From positions 1-64,000 of the IMG/VR virus record IMGVR_UViG_3300032753_000003: a stretch of DNA of 64,000 nt, one strand, 5' to 3'. Of the stretch, positions 56,385 through 64,000 are shown in pieces. The position numbers were made by a program, and so were the translations under genes. The notes below the pieces were generated by a model that had not been told where the DNA came from, made no database searches, and saw only the letters and a list, made by a program, of their open reading frames with translations. The DNA comes from a virus. Position 1 is the first letter of the stretch; each line of letters begins with the position of its first letter.

Positions 56385-57113
56385 ATGGTAGAAGACAATT
56401 TTTCCCCGCCGCCGGGTGTCCCCGTAAATGAAGTAATCATTTCGCCACCTCTTAACCAAATTCCTAAACCAGGCATTTCTACCGATAAAATATCCATAGC
56501 TGATTCTAGTAGTCCAATTGTACAAAATGCAGAAGCTACTCTAATAGATAGCACTGCTAACAGTGTCAGTGTTGACGACAAGATGGCTGAAAGAAAGCAG
56601 CATCTAGAAGAACTTAAATTCAAACTGGAAGAACGTAAAGTCGTTCACGACATGAAAGTTGAAATGCGCAAAATAGACTTTGCTGAAAGAGAACAACTCA
56701 AACAGGATAAATTAGTTGGCGCTGGCAATGATCATTGGTTGAAGACCTATTGGCGACCTGCTATGGCATGGCTATATGCTATTATATGTACCTGCGACTT
56801 CGTTGTATTTCCAGTATTATGGAATATGATACAGATATATAACAAACAACCAAATGTAACAGCTTGGGCCCCGCTTACTTTACAGGGCAGTGGGTTCGTT
56901 CACGTGGCATTTGGAGCTATATTAGGCGTGTCGGCATGGTCAAGAGGCAGAGAAACAACTACGGCTATGACAAACACCTATAGTAGTTTTCCAATTGGAA
57001 CTAGTTCTATGAGTTCTATAAGCCCTATGAGTTCCATAGGTGGTAACTATGGTAGCAATTATAGCAGTAGTAATAATAGCTACGGCAATTCATATAGCGG
57101 TTTACCTAGATAA
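56385..57113 (+). CDS. 3-TM holin (GTA holin-like)
   Basis: WRPAMAWLY..CDF..FP..PLTLQG.G..H.AFGAILG..AW.RG.E. Confidence 0.75.
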   Translation: MVEDNFSPPPGVPVNEVIISPPLNQIPKPGISTDKISIADSSSPIVQNAEATLIDSTANSVSVDDKMAERKQHLEELKFKLEERKVVHDMKVEMRKIDFAEREQLKQDKLVGAGNDHWLKTYWRPAMAWLYAIICTCDFVVFPVLWNMIQIYNKQPNVTAWAPLTLQGSGFVHVAFGAILGVSAWSRGRETTTAMTNTYSSFPIGTSSMSSISPMSSIGGNYGSNYSSSNNSYGNSYSGLPR

Positions 57114-58280
57114 GTTAGTTGCATTACGCCGAGTATTACCCCATTGTATAATAGAAACACTGTCTGTTGGTAATAATTTTCGCCACGGGTATATCACAAC
57201 TGATCCTTTAGCCATCTGTTCTAATTTATTACTATTATCAACGTCATGTGCAAGCAGATAAACAGCAGGGTTGTCTAAGATTGTATCGTAAGTTACTGTT
57301 GATCCATGCTCTATACAGTAATGTCCAACCAACTTGCTATAGCTTCCATCTGTGTACGGTACTCCTGGTTTGAAGCTCTCGCCTAGTATTACGATAGGTA
57401 AACCAACCTTAACCAACGCTTTGGCTATGTGTTCGGCTTGTACTTCTCTAGCGCGCATAATAGCATCAAACAGGTCGTACCCTAGATCCAATTCAGAAGC
57501 TAACCATCTCAATGCAATATTATCCCTGGGATGACAGGGACCACCGTCTCCCATCCCCGGTCTCATATATGAAGGTCCCATAATCCTCTTGGTACTATTA
57601 GCTAATGCATCTGCTACTATGTCTACGTTTATGTTGCCGATCTTCTCTGCAACATCTTGTATCATGTTAACCAAACCTAATTTAGCCGATATAAACGTAT
57701 TATAGAATATCTTTGTGCATTCCATCTCTTCCCAGGTTCCAACAATTATCCTAGGATTGTTTTCCGTAAGAGTTTTATAAAATCCAATCAAATTGTTGAT
57801 TTTATCATCTATAATACCCGACTCGTTACCTATCATTATCATTTCTGGATTTACCATGTCATATTCGACACTTCCCATAGCAATCAAGTAAGGGTTATAA
57901 ACAAAATACGAGTTTGGTATGATATTACTCAATTCTCTGCGAGTAGTACCCGGTAACACTGTGCTGATCAAAACAACTGTTTGATCTACAGTTAAAAGAT
58001 GGCTGATACTGTGTAATACATCTTTTACATAACTATAATCAAAATCTTTGTTTTCTAGATGGCTGCTAGGTTTGCTACCATCATATCGCGGATCGTGAGG
58101 CGTTTGCACAGCTATGAATATTATATCAGTATCTTTTACAACATCATCTAAACTATCAACAATAACAATTTGGTCACTTGTTACAGGTTTTATATCATAC
58201 CCTTTGACAGGATAATTTTTGGACATACATTCTGCTACTATTAACCCAAGTTTACCTAAACCTATAAATCCAATATTCAC
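57102..58280 (-). CDS. ugd: UDP-glucose 6-dehydrogenase
   Basis: GLGKLG, IAVQTP, ISTVLPGT, K.FYN, GDGGPCHPRD, FKP. Confidence 0.9.
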   Translation of the reverse strand: MNIGFIGLGKLGLIVAECMSKNYPVKGYDIKPVTSDQIVIVDSLDDVVKDTDIIFIAVQTPHDPRYDGSKPSSHLENKDFDYSYVKDVLHSISHLLTVDQTVVLISTVLPGTTRRELSNIIPNSYFVYNPYLIAMGSVEYDMVNPEMIMIGNESGIIDDKINNLIGFYKTLTENNPRIIVGTWEEMECTKIFYNTFISAKLGLVNMIQDVAEKIGNINVDIVADALANSTKRIMGPSYMRPGMGDGGPCHPRDNIALRWLASELDLGYDLFDAIMRAREVQAEHIAKALVKVGLPIVILGESFKPGVPYTDGSYSKLVGHYCIEHGSTVTYDTILDNPAVYLLAHDVDNSNKLEQMAKGSVVIYPWRKLLPTDSVSIIQWGNTRRNATNLSR

Positions 58281-58393
58281 GTTGATCTCCTAATAAATCA
58301 TGCAAACGACATTATGTGTTGTATAAGACAATTCATTTGGAGAATATCTCCCCAAATATCAAATTCACATAATATTTAATAGATATGAAAGTT

Positions 58394-59444
58394 TTATAAA
58401 AGGTCTGCAATCTTTTGGGCATCAGCTAATAATCTAGCCTTAACTTCCTCTGCTCTAGCTTTGGCTTGAGGAGTCTCAGCTTTTTCAAATTTCTTAGCAT
58501 TAGCTGCACCTGTCATCCTAGCTAGATAACTGTTTTTGAACTTTGTTATAAATGCATCGTAATTGGGAATGTCTTTTAGGTTTCGGTAACCAAATAGATC
58601 ATTAGCCTCGAAGCTCTTAGCCAACCCTCTAATTGAAGCCACAAGGTTTTCGGGAGTTATAGCGTCTGGGTCAATGCCCGGATGCGATGCTAATTCTGGA
58701 TCTATCTCAAGTTTGGCAGTTGGATGGATATTCTTTACCATATACTTTAGCAGATCTAGAGCAAAATTATGTATGTCTGTAGTGATAGTTTCTACTTTAT
58801 CTGGATTTCGTTCTTTGGCAAATTCAACTGGTTCGCCATCCTTAATTTTTATCTGCACTCCTGCTCCATATATACTCAAGTGCAGCATTTGTCCGAGTGT
58901 ACTAAACAGATTTCCATATGCAGATCCCTTAACTCCTTGGGCAGGTGTCATTCTGTACCTCTGCCAGTTAGCCAGTTTAGGTTCTGTCCATACTAGATCA
59001 ATTTGCACATATATACCGTTACCAATTGAAACTATAATATGGCCGCCAGATGGTTTGCCAGTATTATAGATTTACATCGCGTATAAATTGGTCTAATAGT
59101 TTATTGATACGACTGGATATTTGCGTCGCAGTTAACCCATCTTCTGGTGGAGACACTACTAACATTTGAAGATCTATATCACCATATGTCTTGTCGTTTG
59201 AATCGGATTTATACCAAGCTGTACTGCCCAATGGATGTCCAACTTGTATTGATATTTCTGTGCCTGATTTCTGTAGATAAGAATTGAAATCTTTAGAGAA
59301 TTTATTAGCTATTGCAAGAGCGGCAGACACTACACCGGGTGTAATGACTGTTTTCTGGGTGATAGGATCTTCCCAACCACCTTCGTTGAATATGAATAAA
59401 GGTAATCTTTGGTTTGGTGTTTCAAATATATCTATCAAACGCAT
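58394..59444 (-). pseudogene. Pol-beta-type nucleotidyltransferase with MRLIDI leader, frameshifted at about 59064-59075
   Basis: GS..YGDIDLQM in ORF 59064-59444; third Asp (YVQIDLVW) in the +1 frame. Confidence 0.8.
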
Positions 59445-59526
59445 AGATTATTTATCGAATGGTTGCCTATTGATATTTGAGAAATCAGTGCATATATAAT
59501 ATTGTAAATGATAGATATATTTTCAC

Positions 59527-59555
59527 TTGACAGCACGACTACGGTATGTTAGTCT
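59527..59555 (+). promoter_or_regulatory. sigma70-type promoter of rpoD
   Basis: TTGACA-N17-TAGTCT with TG extension. Confidence 0.65.
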
Positions 59556-59611
59556 TTGATCTACCAATGAGTAAAATCTAGTTTGGTATAACAATGGAGA
59601 TGGAGAACGTC

Positions 59612-61090
59612 ATGAAAACAGCTTCAAAGAACATTAAGAAAACATCTAATAAAAGTCCCGCTGTTACTACTAACAAGACAACCAAACAGTTGGATCCAGT
59701 AAAGTTGTATCTTCGAGATGTTAGCAAAGCTCCTCTACTCAACCACGCTAGAGAGATTGAGCTTAGTCAGACCATTGAGAATTCTAAGCAAACCATAATG
59801 GATACGTTGTTTGCTGTACCGCTCACAATCAAAACTGTATCACAGTGGATTGGCGAGATATCAGCTGGTTCTAAACCAGCAACTGACGTATTTGACGTTG
59901 AACTCGATGATGAAGATCTAATTACCGATAAATTCCGCGAACAACTTAATAAGTTTAATGTACTATGCGGTAGATATCTTGCAGATCTGGATATCAAGAG
60001 CGCCAAAGCTGAGCTAATTGCTGCATTTAATGATCTTCATCTAAACACAGCAGCAATGGGCAAACTTTTGAAAGATATCCAGGATCTTAACAAGAAAGTT
60101 ACTGCATGTGACGGACGCATGCTCAAATTGGCTACAGAATGCGGAATATCCAGAGAAGACTTCATTCAGGCGTATGTTGGCAATGAGCATATGCGTTGGC
60201 TACAGAGTATGAAGGGCAAGTCTTGGCAGAAGTTTGCCAACAAGCATAATGAGATCTTTGATATCGTAGGAGAAATGCAGAAATATGCAGATGATGCCGG
60301 GTTGGGTGTAACAGAACTACGCACAGCGGTTAAAGTTCTAACACAACAGGCGCGTGCAAAGGAAACAGCTATCAATGAAATGGTTACAGCCAATTTGCGA
60401 TTGGTAGTATCTGTTGCAAAGAAGTACAATCAGCAGAATAACAATCAGATATTGGATTTGGTACAGGAAGGTAATATTGGACTGATCAAAGCTGTAGAGA
60501 AATTCAAGTGGCAATTGGGTTATCGATTCAGTACATATGCTACATGGTGGATCCGACAGGCTATCATCAAAGCTGTAAATGAGCAGAACAAGACCATACG
60601 TATTCCAAGCCATGTTATGGATGCTGTCAAAAAGATCAACAAGGCTATCAAGGATCACGTTAACGCTACGGGACATGAACCAACCAATGCCGAAGTTGGT
60701 GTAATGTTGGGCATGTCTGAGGACAAAGTTGCTCGCATGTTGCGAGTAGCCAAAGATCCAATATCTCTAGAAACTCCTGTTGGAGATGAGGACAATGGTA
60801 CTCTAGGCAGCTACATCGAAGACACTGAAAGCGAGAATGCATTTGATCAGATCGCCAAAGCAGATGTCAACAAGGTTGTGGCAGATACGTTGTCTGGTCT
60901 TAGCAGCAGGGAAGAACGTGTGCTGCGTATGAGGTTTGGCATTGGCACAATGGAAGAATATACCCTTGAGGAAATTGGCAATAAGTTTAAAGTAACTCGA
61001 GAACGTGTTAGGCAGATTGAAAGCAAGGCGCTGAGTCGCTTGCGTAGTCCGCAGCGTGCCAAAGATTTGCAAAACGCAATCAACGATTAA
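59612..61090 (+). CDS. rpoD: phage-encoded primary sigma factor (RpoD-like, regions 1.2, NCR, 2-4)
   Basis: DPVKLYLRD, ANLRLVVSVAKKY, DLVQEGNIGL, STYATWWIRQAI, TLEEIG..TRERVRQIE. Confidence 0.93.
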   Translation: MKTASKNIKKTSNKSPAVTTNKTTKQLDPVKLYLRDVSKAPLLNHAREIELSQTIENSKQTIMDTLFAVPLTIKTVSQWIGEISAGSKPATDVFDVELDDEDLITDKFREQLNKFNVLCGRYLADLDIKSAKAELIAAFNDLHLNTAAMGKLLKDIQDLNKKVTACDGRMLKLATECGISREDFIQAYVGNEHMRWLQSMKGKSWQKFANKHNEIFDIVGEMQKYADDAGLGVTELRTAVKVLTQQARAKETAINEMVTANLRLVVSVAKKYNQQNNNQILDLVQEGNIGLIKAVEKFKWQLGYRFSTYATWWIRQAIIKAVNEQNKTIRIPSHVMDAVKKINKAIKDHVNATGHEPTNAEVGVMLGMSEDKVARMLRVAKDPISLETPVGDEDNGTLGSYIEDTESENAFDQIAKADVNKVVADTLSGLSSREERVLRMRFGIGTMEEYTLEEIGNKFKVTRERVRQIESKALSRLRSPQRAKDLQNAIND

Positions 61091-61095
61091 TAACA

Positions 61096-61129
61096 ATAGG
61101 TGCAAGGTAACACACTTGCACCTATATTT
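61096..61129 (+). terminator. probable terminator after rpoD
   Basis: ATAGGTGCAAG/CTTGCACCTAT stem. Confidence 0.65.
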
Positions 61130-61156
61130 CTATACAAATTGAATTGTATAGTCAGA

Positions 61157-61183
61157 AGAAAAGGGCGACAAGCGCCCTTTTCT
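61157..61183. terminator. bidirectional terminator
   Basis: AGAAAAGGGCG/CGCCCTTTTCT stem. Confidence 0.75.
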
Positions 61184-61203
61184 AAATATCAGTTGATCAA
61201 TAA

Positions 61204-61485
61204 TCAACGATGTGTATTCTGATCAACCACAAAATATCCAGTAGCAGCGCCAACGCCACCACCAATGATAGCAGTGCCAGCAACCGTTCCTTCAACTGTG
61301 GTGGTACCAAGACCAGTAGCTAGAGCTGATCCAGTTCCTGCTGCTGCGCCAATTGCGCCACCAGCGAGAGTACCAACGCCAGCGAGCTGGAGAGTTGTTC
61401 CAAGCTTAGGCTGAGTTGGCTTAACAGCCGTTCCAGTTCCAAATAGTCCTGCAGCAATAATTGCTACTACAACGAGAGGTGCCAT
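61204..61485 (-). CDS. glycine-zipper membrane peptide
   Basis: GxxxG-rich 93 aa; AAGGA SD. Confidence 0.6.
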   Translation of the reverse strand: MAPLVVVAIIAAGLFGTGTAVKPTQPKLGTTLQLAGVGTLAGGAIGAAAGTGSALATGLGTTTVEGTVAGTAIIGGGVGAATGYFVVDQNTHR

Positions 61486-61722
61486 GTTTATTTTCCTTTC
61501 ATGTTTCCTAATGTTAATTACAACAAAAACTTCTAACTGCAATATCTTAAATAAGATTGTGTTAGAAGAACACTGTTATATTACTGATCATTAGAGCAAA
61601 GGTCAATATATGACCGCCGCATATGTTGCATCGCATGATCTCACAGTATTCGCATATACTTAGTCCAGATGTTAAACAAATGCATCTTTACAGACAAATT
61701 TATGTGTAGTATATTTTAAATT

Positions 61723-61980
61723 ATGGGTATTGTGAACACAGAATTTAAGAGGCTAACTGTTAGAGAAGTTATGATATGGGGCACCGTTGTGTTTCCAAAC
61801 GCAACTACATATGACAATTGGCCGCAAGTAGATTGTTCATTTAACTCTTTGTCACAACTGGAAGAAATAGTATCGTGGTGCGATTTGCAGTTTGGACACG
61901 ACAATTGGTTTAGAATTGGTAAAGATTGGTTATTCACAGACACCAACGCTGCAACGTTGTTTAAATTAACATGGACATGA
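61723..61980 (+). CDS. small F-x-L-x-W family protein
   Basis: WCDLQFG..AATLFKLTWT. Confidence 0.7.
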   Translation: MGIVNTEFKRLTVREVMIWGTVVFPNATTYDNWPQVDCSFNSLSQLEEIVSWCDLQFGHDNWFRIGKDWLFTDTNAATLFKLTWT

Positions 61981-62219
61981 GAAAAGAAAGGATGCTATCT
62001 AATTTCCCCAAGTTAGATGCCAACCGTAATATAACAGCACAATCATTTAAGGATGCTGGATATTATGGTGTAGAATGGGTTAACGTAGATGTTAGAGTAT
62101 TTGTTAATGCTATAACATGGTGCGACGACAACATGAAAGATCGTTATGATTTTGTTGATCGTTATTTTTGGTTTACAACAATAGAAGATGCAACACATTT
62201 TAGGTTAGTGTTCACATGA
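61977..62219 (+). CDS. small F-x-L-x-W family protein
   Basis: WCDDN..DATHFRLVF. Confidence 0.7.
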   Translation: MRKERMLSNFPKLDANRNITAQSFKDAGYYGVEWVNVDVRVFVNAITWCDDNMKDRYDFVDRYFWFTTIEDATHFRLVFT

Positions 62220-62476
62220 CTGATATTCCAGAGGTTCTATACGGTATACCAATTACCAACATGAGCGATCAACAGATTTACAAAGCAATGAACTTTTCTA
62301 TGACTGTTGAACCATGGTTGAACGCTAACATTGGCGAGTTTGGTAAGGATTGGTTTGTCGAACTAGATAAAGAATTTAACAGTTTAAGATTGTATTTTAA
62401 AGACAACGAAACAGAAGTATATTTTAAACTGGCTTGGTTACACGGAGCAAAGGAAGATTATGAAGTGGAGAGCTAG
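62216..62476 (+). CDS. small F-x-L-x-W family protein
   Basis: EPWLNANIG..YFKLAW. Confidence 0.7.
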   Translation: MTDIPEVLYGIPITNMSDQQIYKAMNFSMTVEPWLNANIGEFGKDWFVELDKEFNSLRLYFKDNETEVYFKLAWLHGAKEDYEVES

Positions 62477-62753
62477 GAAGATTGATAATCGCAATCAAAT
62501 GTTTGGATATATGGATTATCAGGTAATCTGTAGCTTGCCCGAATTTTTTGATGCTAGAGATTGGTGCTGGGAACAATGGGGTCCGGGTATCGAATATGAG
62601 CATTTCCGCAATCATATGAATTATACAGGTCAAACAAAATATTGGGTATGGGATTGCACTAAGTATCAAGGGTCTAGCATAAACAATGGTAAGATATATC
62701 TCAAAGACGAACATGCTATGACATTATTCAAATTGAGATGGACTGAGGATTAA
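62460..62753 (+). CDS. small F-x-L-x-W family protein
   Basis: WCWEQWG..AMTLFKLRW. Confidence 0.7.
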   Translation: MKWRARKIDNRNQMFGYMDYQVICSLPEFFDARDWCWEQWGPGIEYEHFRNHMNYTGQTKYWVWDCTKYQGSSINNGKIYLKDEHAMTLFKLRWTED

Positions 62754-62756
62754 CAA

Positions 62757-63692
62757 ATGGTAGATAGAATTACAAATGATAAACCCAACAGTTTAAACGT
62801 ATGTTGGGAACCTACCAGCACTTGCAATTATTCATGCTGGTATTGTCCAGAAGAACTGCATGACGGAAAATATAGATGGCCCGATTTAGATACAGCACTT
62901 TCATTCTTCAAAAATATTGCAGCTAAACGTGATACTGTACACATTGATATGGTTGGGGGTGAGCCAACGTTGTGGCCGGATATAGATGAGTTTCTAGATA
63001 AGAAGCCAGACAATGTTCATGTGGAAATCAGCAGCAATGGCGCAAGGACTGTTAGATGGTGGCGTCAAAATTTCTCTAAGATGGCAGGTGCTACGTTAAC
63101 CTTCCATCCCAACTCTGCCGATCCTGATCATTTTTATGACTTATGCGAAGCATTACATGATATGGATAAAGAACTGCATGTATTCATAATGGCAGTTAAG
63201 AGCAAGATTGATGTTTGTCAGTCGCTATTCACTAGGCTCAAAGAGTCTGGATTTAAGATCAGTGTAAGTACCAAGATGCTAGATGTACGACATGACGATG
63301 CTAGAATGCCAATAGCTGAAATAAATTCAGATGCAGACATAGTACATTTACTTAAAACCAATAGATTCAATAGACGCAAACACGGCAAATATGTTAGTAA
63401 GCCTAACATATCGTATTTGAACGGCGAAGAATTTGACCATCTGCTAGCACCTTTGCATAAGAAAAATTTATTCAAAGGTTGGACTTGCTGGGCAGGTGTT
63501 ACTAGATTATATATTAAACCAAACGGAGACATATATAGGGGATCTTGTCGCAACGGTGGTGTAATAGGTAATATCAACAACAATTTAGACATATTAGATA
63601 TTAAACCTGAGATTTGCCAACTAGCACAATGTAACTGTATTGATGAGATATTGATAGAAAAACATTATCCACTAAATGAGAATGAATCATGA
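62757..63692 (+). CDS. radical SAM protein with SPASM/twitch domain
   Basis: CNYSCWYC, GGEPT, SNG, CWAG..PNGDIY..C..G. Confidence 0.9.
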   Translation: MVDRITNDKPNSLNVCWEPTSTCNYSCWYCPEELHDGKYRWPDLDTALSFFKNIAAKRDTVHIDMVGGEPTLWPDIDEFLDKKPDNVHVEISSNGARTVRWWRQNFSKMAGATLTFHPNSADPDHFYDLCEALHDMDKELHVFIMAVKSKIDVCQSLFTRLKESGFKISVSTKMLDVRHDDARMPIAEINSDADIVHLLKTNRFNRRKHGKYVSKPNISYLNGEEFDHLLAPLHKKNLFKGWTCWAGVTRLYIKPNGDIYRGSCRNGGVIGNINNNLDILDIKPEICQLAQCNCIDEILIEKHYPLNENES

Positions 63693-64000
63693 CTGCTGCG
63701 GTTCACCCGGTTATCGTATCAATGATGAATAATATAATATACAATAGTGGAATGATTATTGATCAAAGATCTAGTCATGTAATAGAAAATTGGTATCGCT
63801 GTCGTACCCGTGTAAGTTCAGCAATTTATAAAGTATTTGTGAGGCTCAATAACCGTCGCAAAACACAAGGAATTGAGGATTTTATATCCGCTGAATATCC
63901 AACTTATAAAAGTGAACAGTTTCTTTTGAAATTGTCTGAATGTACAGAATGGTGTAATGACCAATTTGGTAAAAATGGTTATTTTAGAATTGGTAAAGAA
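63689..64000 (+). CDS. paralog of 31041-31454, 3'-truncated by window edge
   Basis: YKVFVRLNNRRKTQ..EYP..WCNDQFG..GY; ATGA overlap. Confidence 0.7.
   Translation, partial: MTAAVHPVIVSMMNNIIYNSGMIIDQRSSHVIENWYRCRTRVSSAIYKVFVRLNNRRKTQGIEDFISAEYPTYKSEQFLLKLSECTEWCNDQFGKNGYFRIGKE

Noticed and set aside
522-63592. Numerous antisense or overlapping ORFs in the supplied track (for example 2745-2927, 12905-13186, 32271-32720, 39009-39464, 58674-59069)
   Set aside because: They are shadows of better-supported genes on the opposite strand or frame, with no motifs or SD.
1-64000. Genome-wide TAG reassignment (genetic code 15)
   Set aside because: Long core ORFs are intact under the standard code, and TAG ends genes at natural C-termini (for example polymerase ...DSLFSF). 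Internal TAGs are confined to a few small genes.

Overview
This is a 64-kb segment of a large, AT-rich, T4-like (jumbo) phage genome. The likely host is an alphaproteobacterium, judged from the RpoD with an alpha-type non-conserved region, DUF1127, BA14K-like and GapR/DsbA-like genes, and a hemO-pcyX-type pair. All calls come from motif recognition by eye; no database search was run. Contents: (1) Replication genes: a family-B DNA polymerase split in two by an antisense homing endonuclease, a probable sliding clamp, and an ATP-dependent DNA ligase fractured by a split intein plus a free-standing endonuclease. (2) Five free-standing homing endonucleases. (3) Sugar and nucleotide metabolism genes. 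(4) 19 ORFs sharing an N-terminal M-[KR]-x-x-[ED]-[ILF] leader. They look like protease-processed virion cargo and share a recurring 45-aa 'DWPEL' module. (5) About 24 small paralogs, most ending in F-x-L-x-W, in translationally coupled arrays. (6) A spanin/holin cassette and a phage RpoD. The most notable signal is an apparent selective amber-readthrough system in an otherwise standard-code genome. It comprises a canonical tRNA with anticodon CUA (46529-46604), three small-family genes interrupted by single in-frame TAG codons that the ORF track missed (28337-28597, 28627-28842, 32126-32287), and a leaderless Met-Ser-Tyr-amber uORF whose readthrough frame runs through an intrinsic terminator and overlaps the next start codon (53064-53195). 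Also notable: an anticodon-less tRNA mimic, a kissing-loop three-way-junction RNA, capsid and portal fragments reused in small genes, and a triple nucleotidyltransferase-fold protein.
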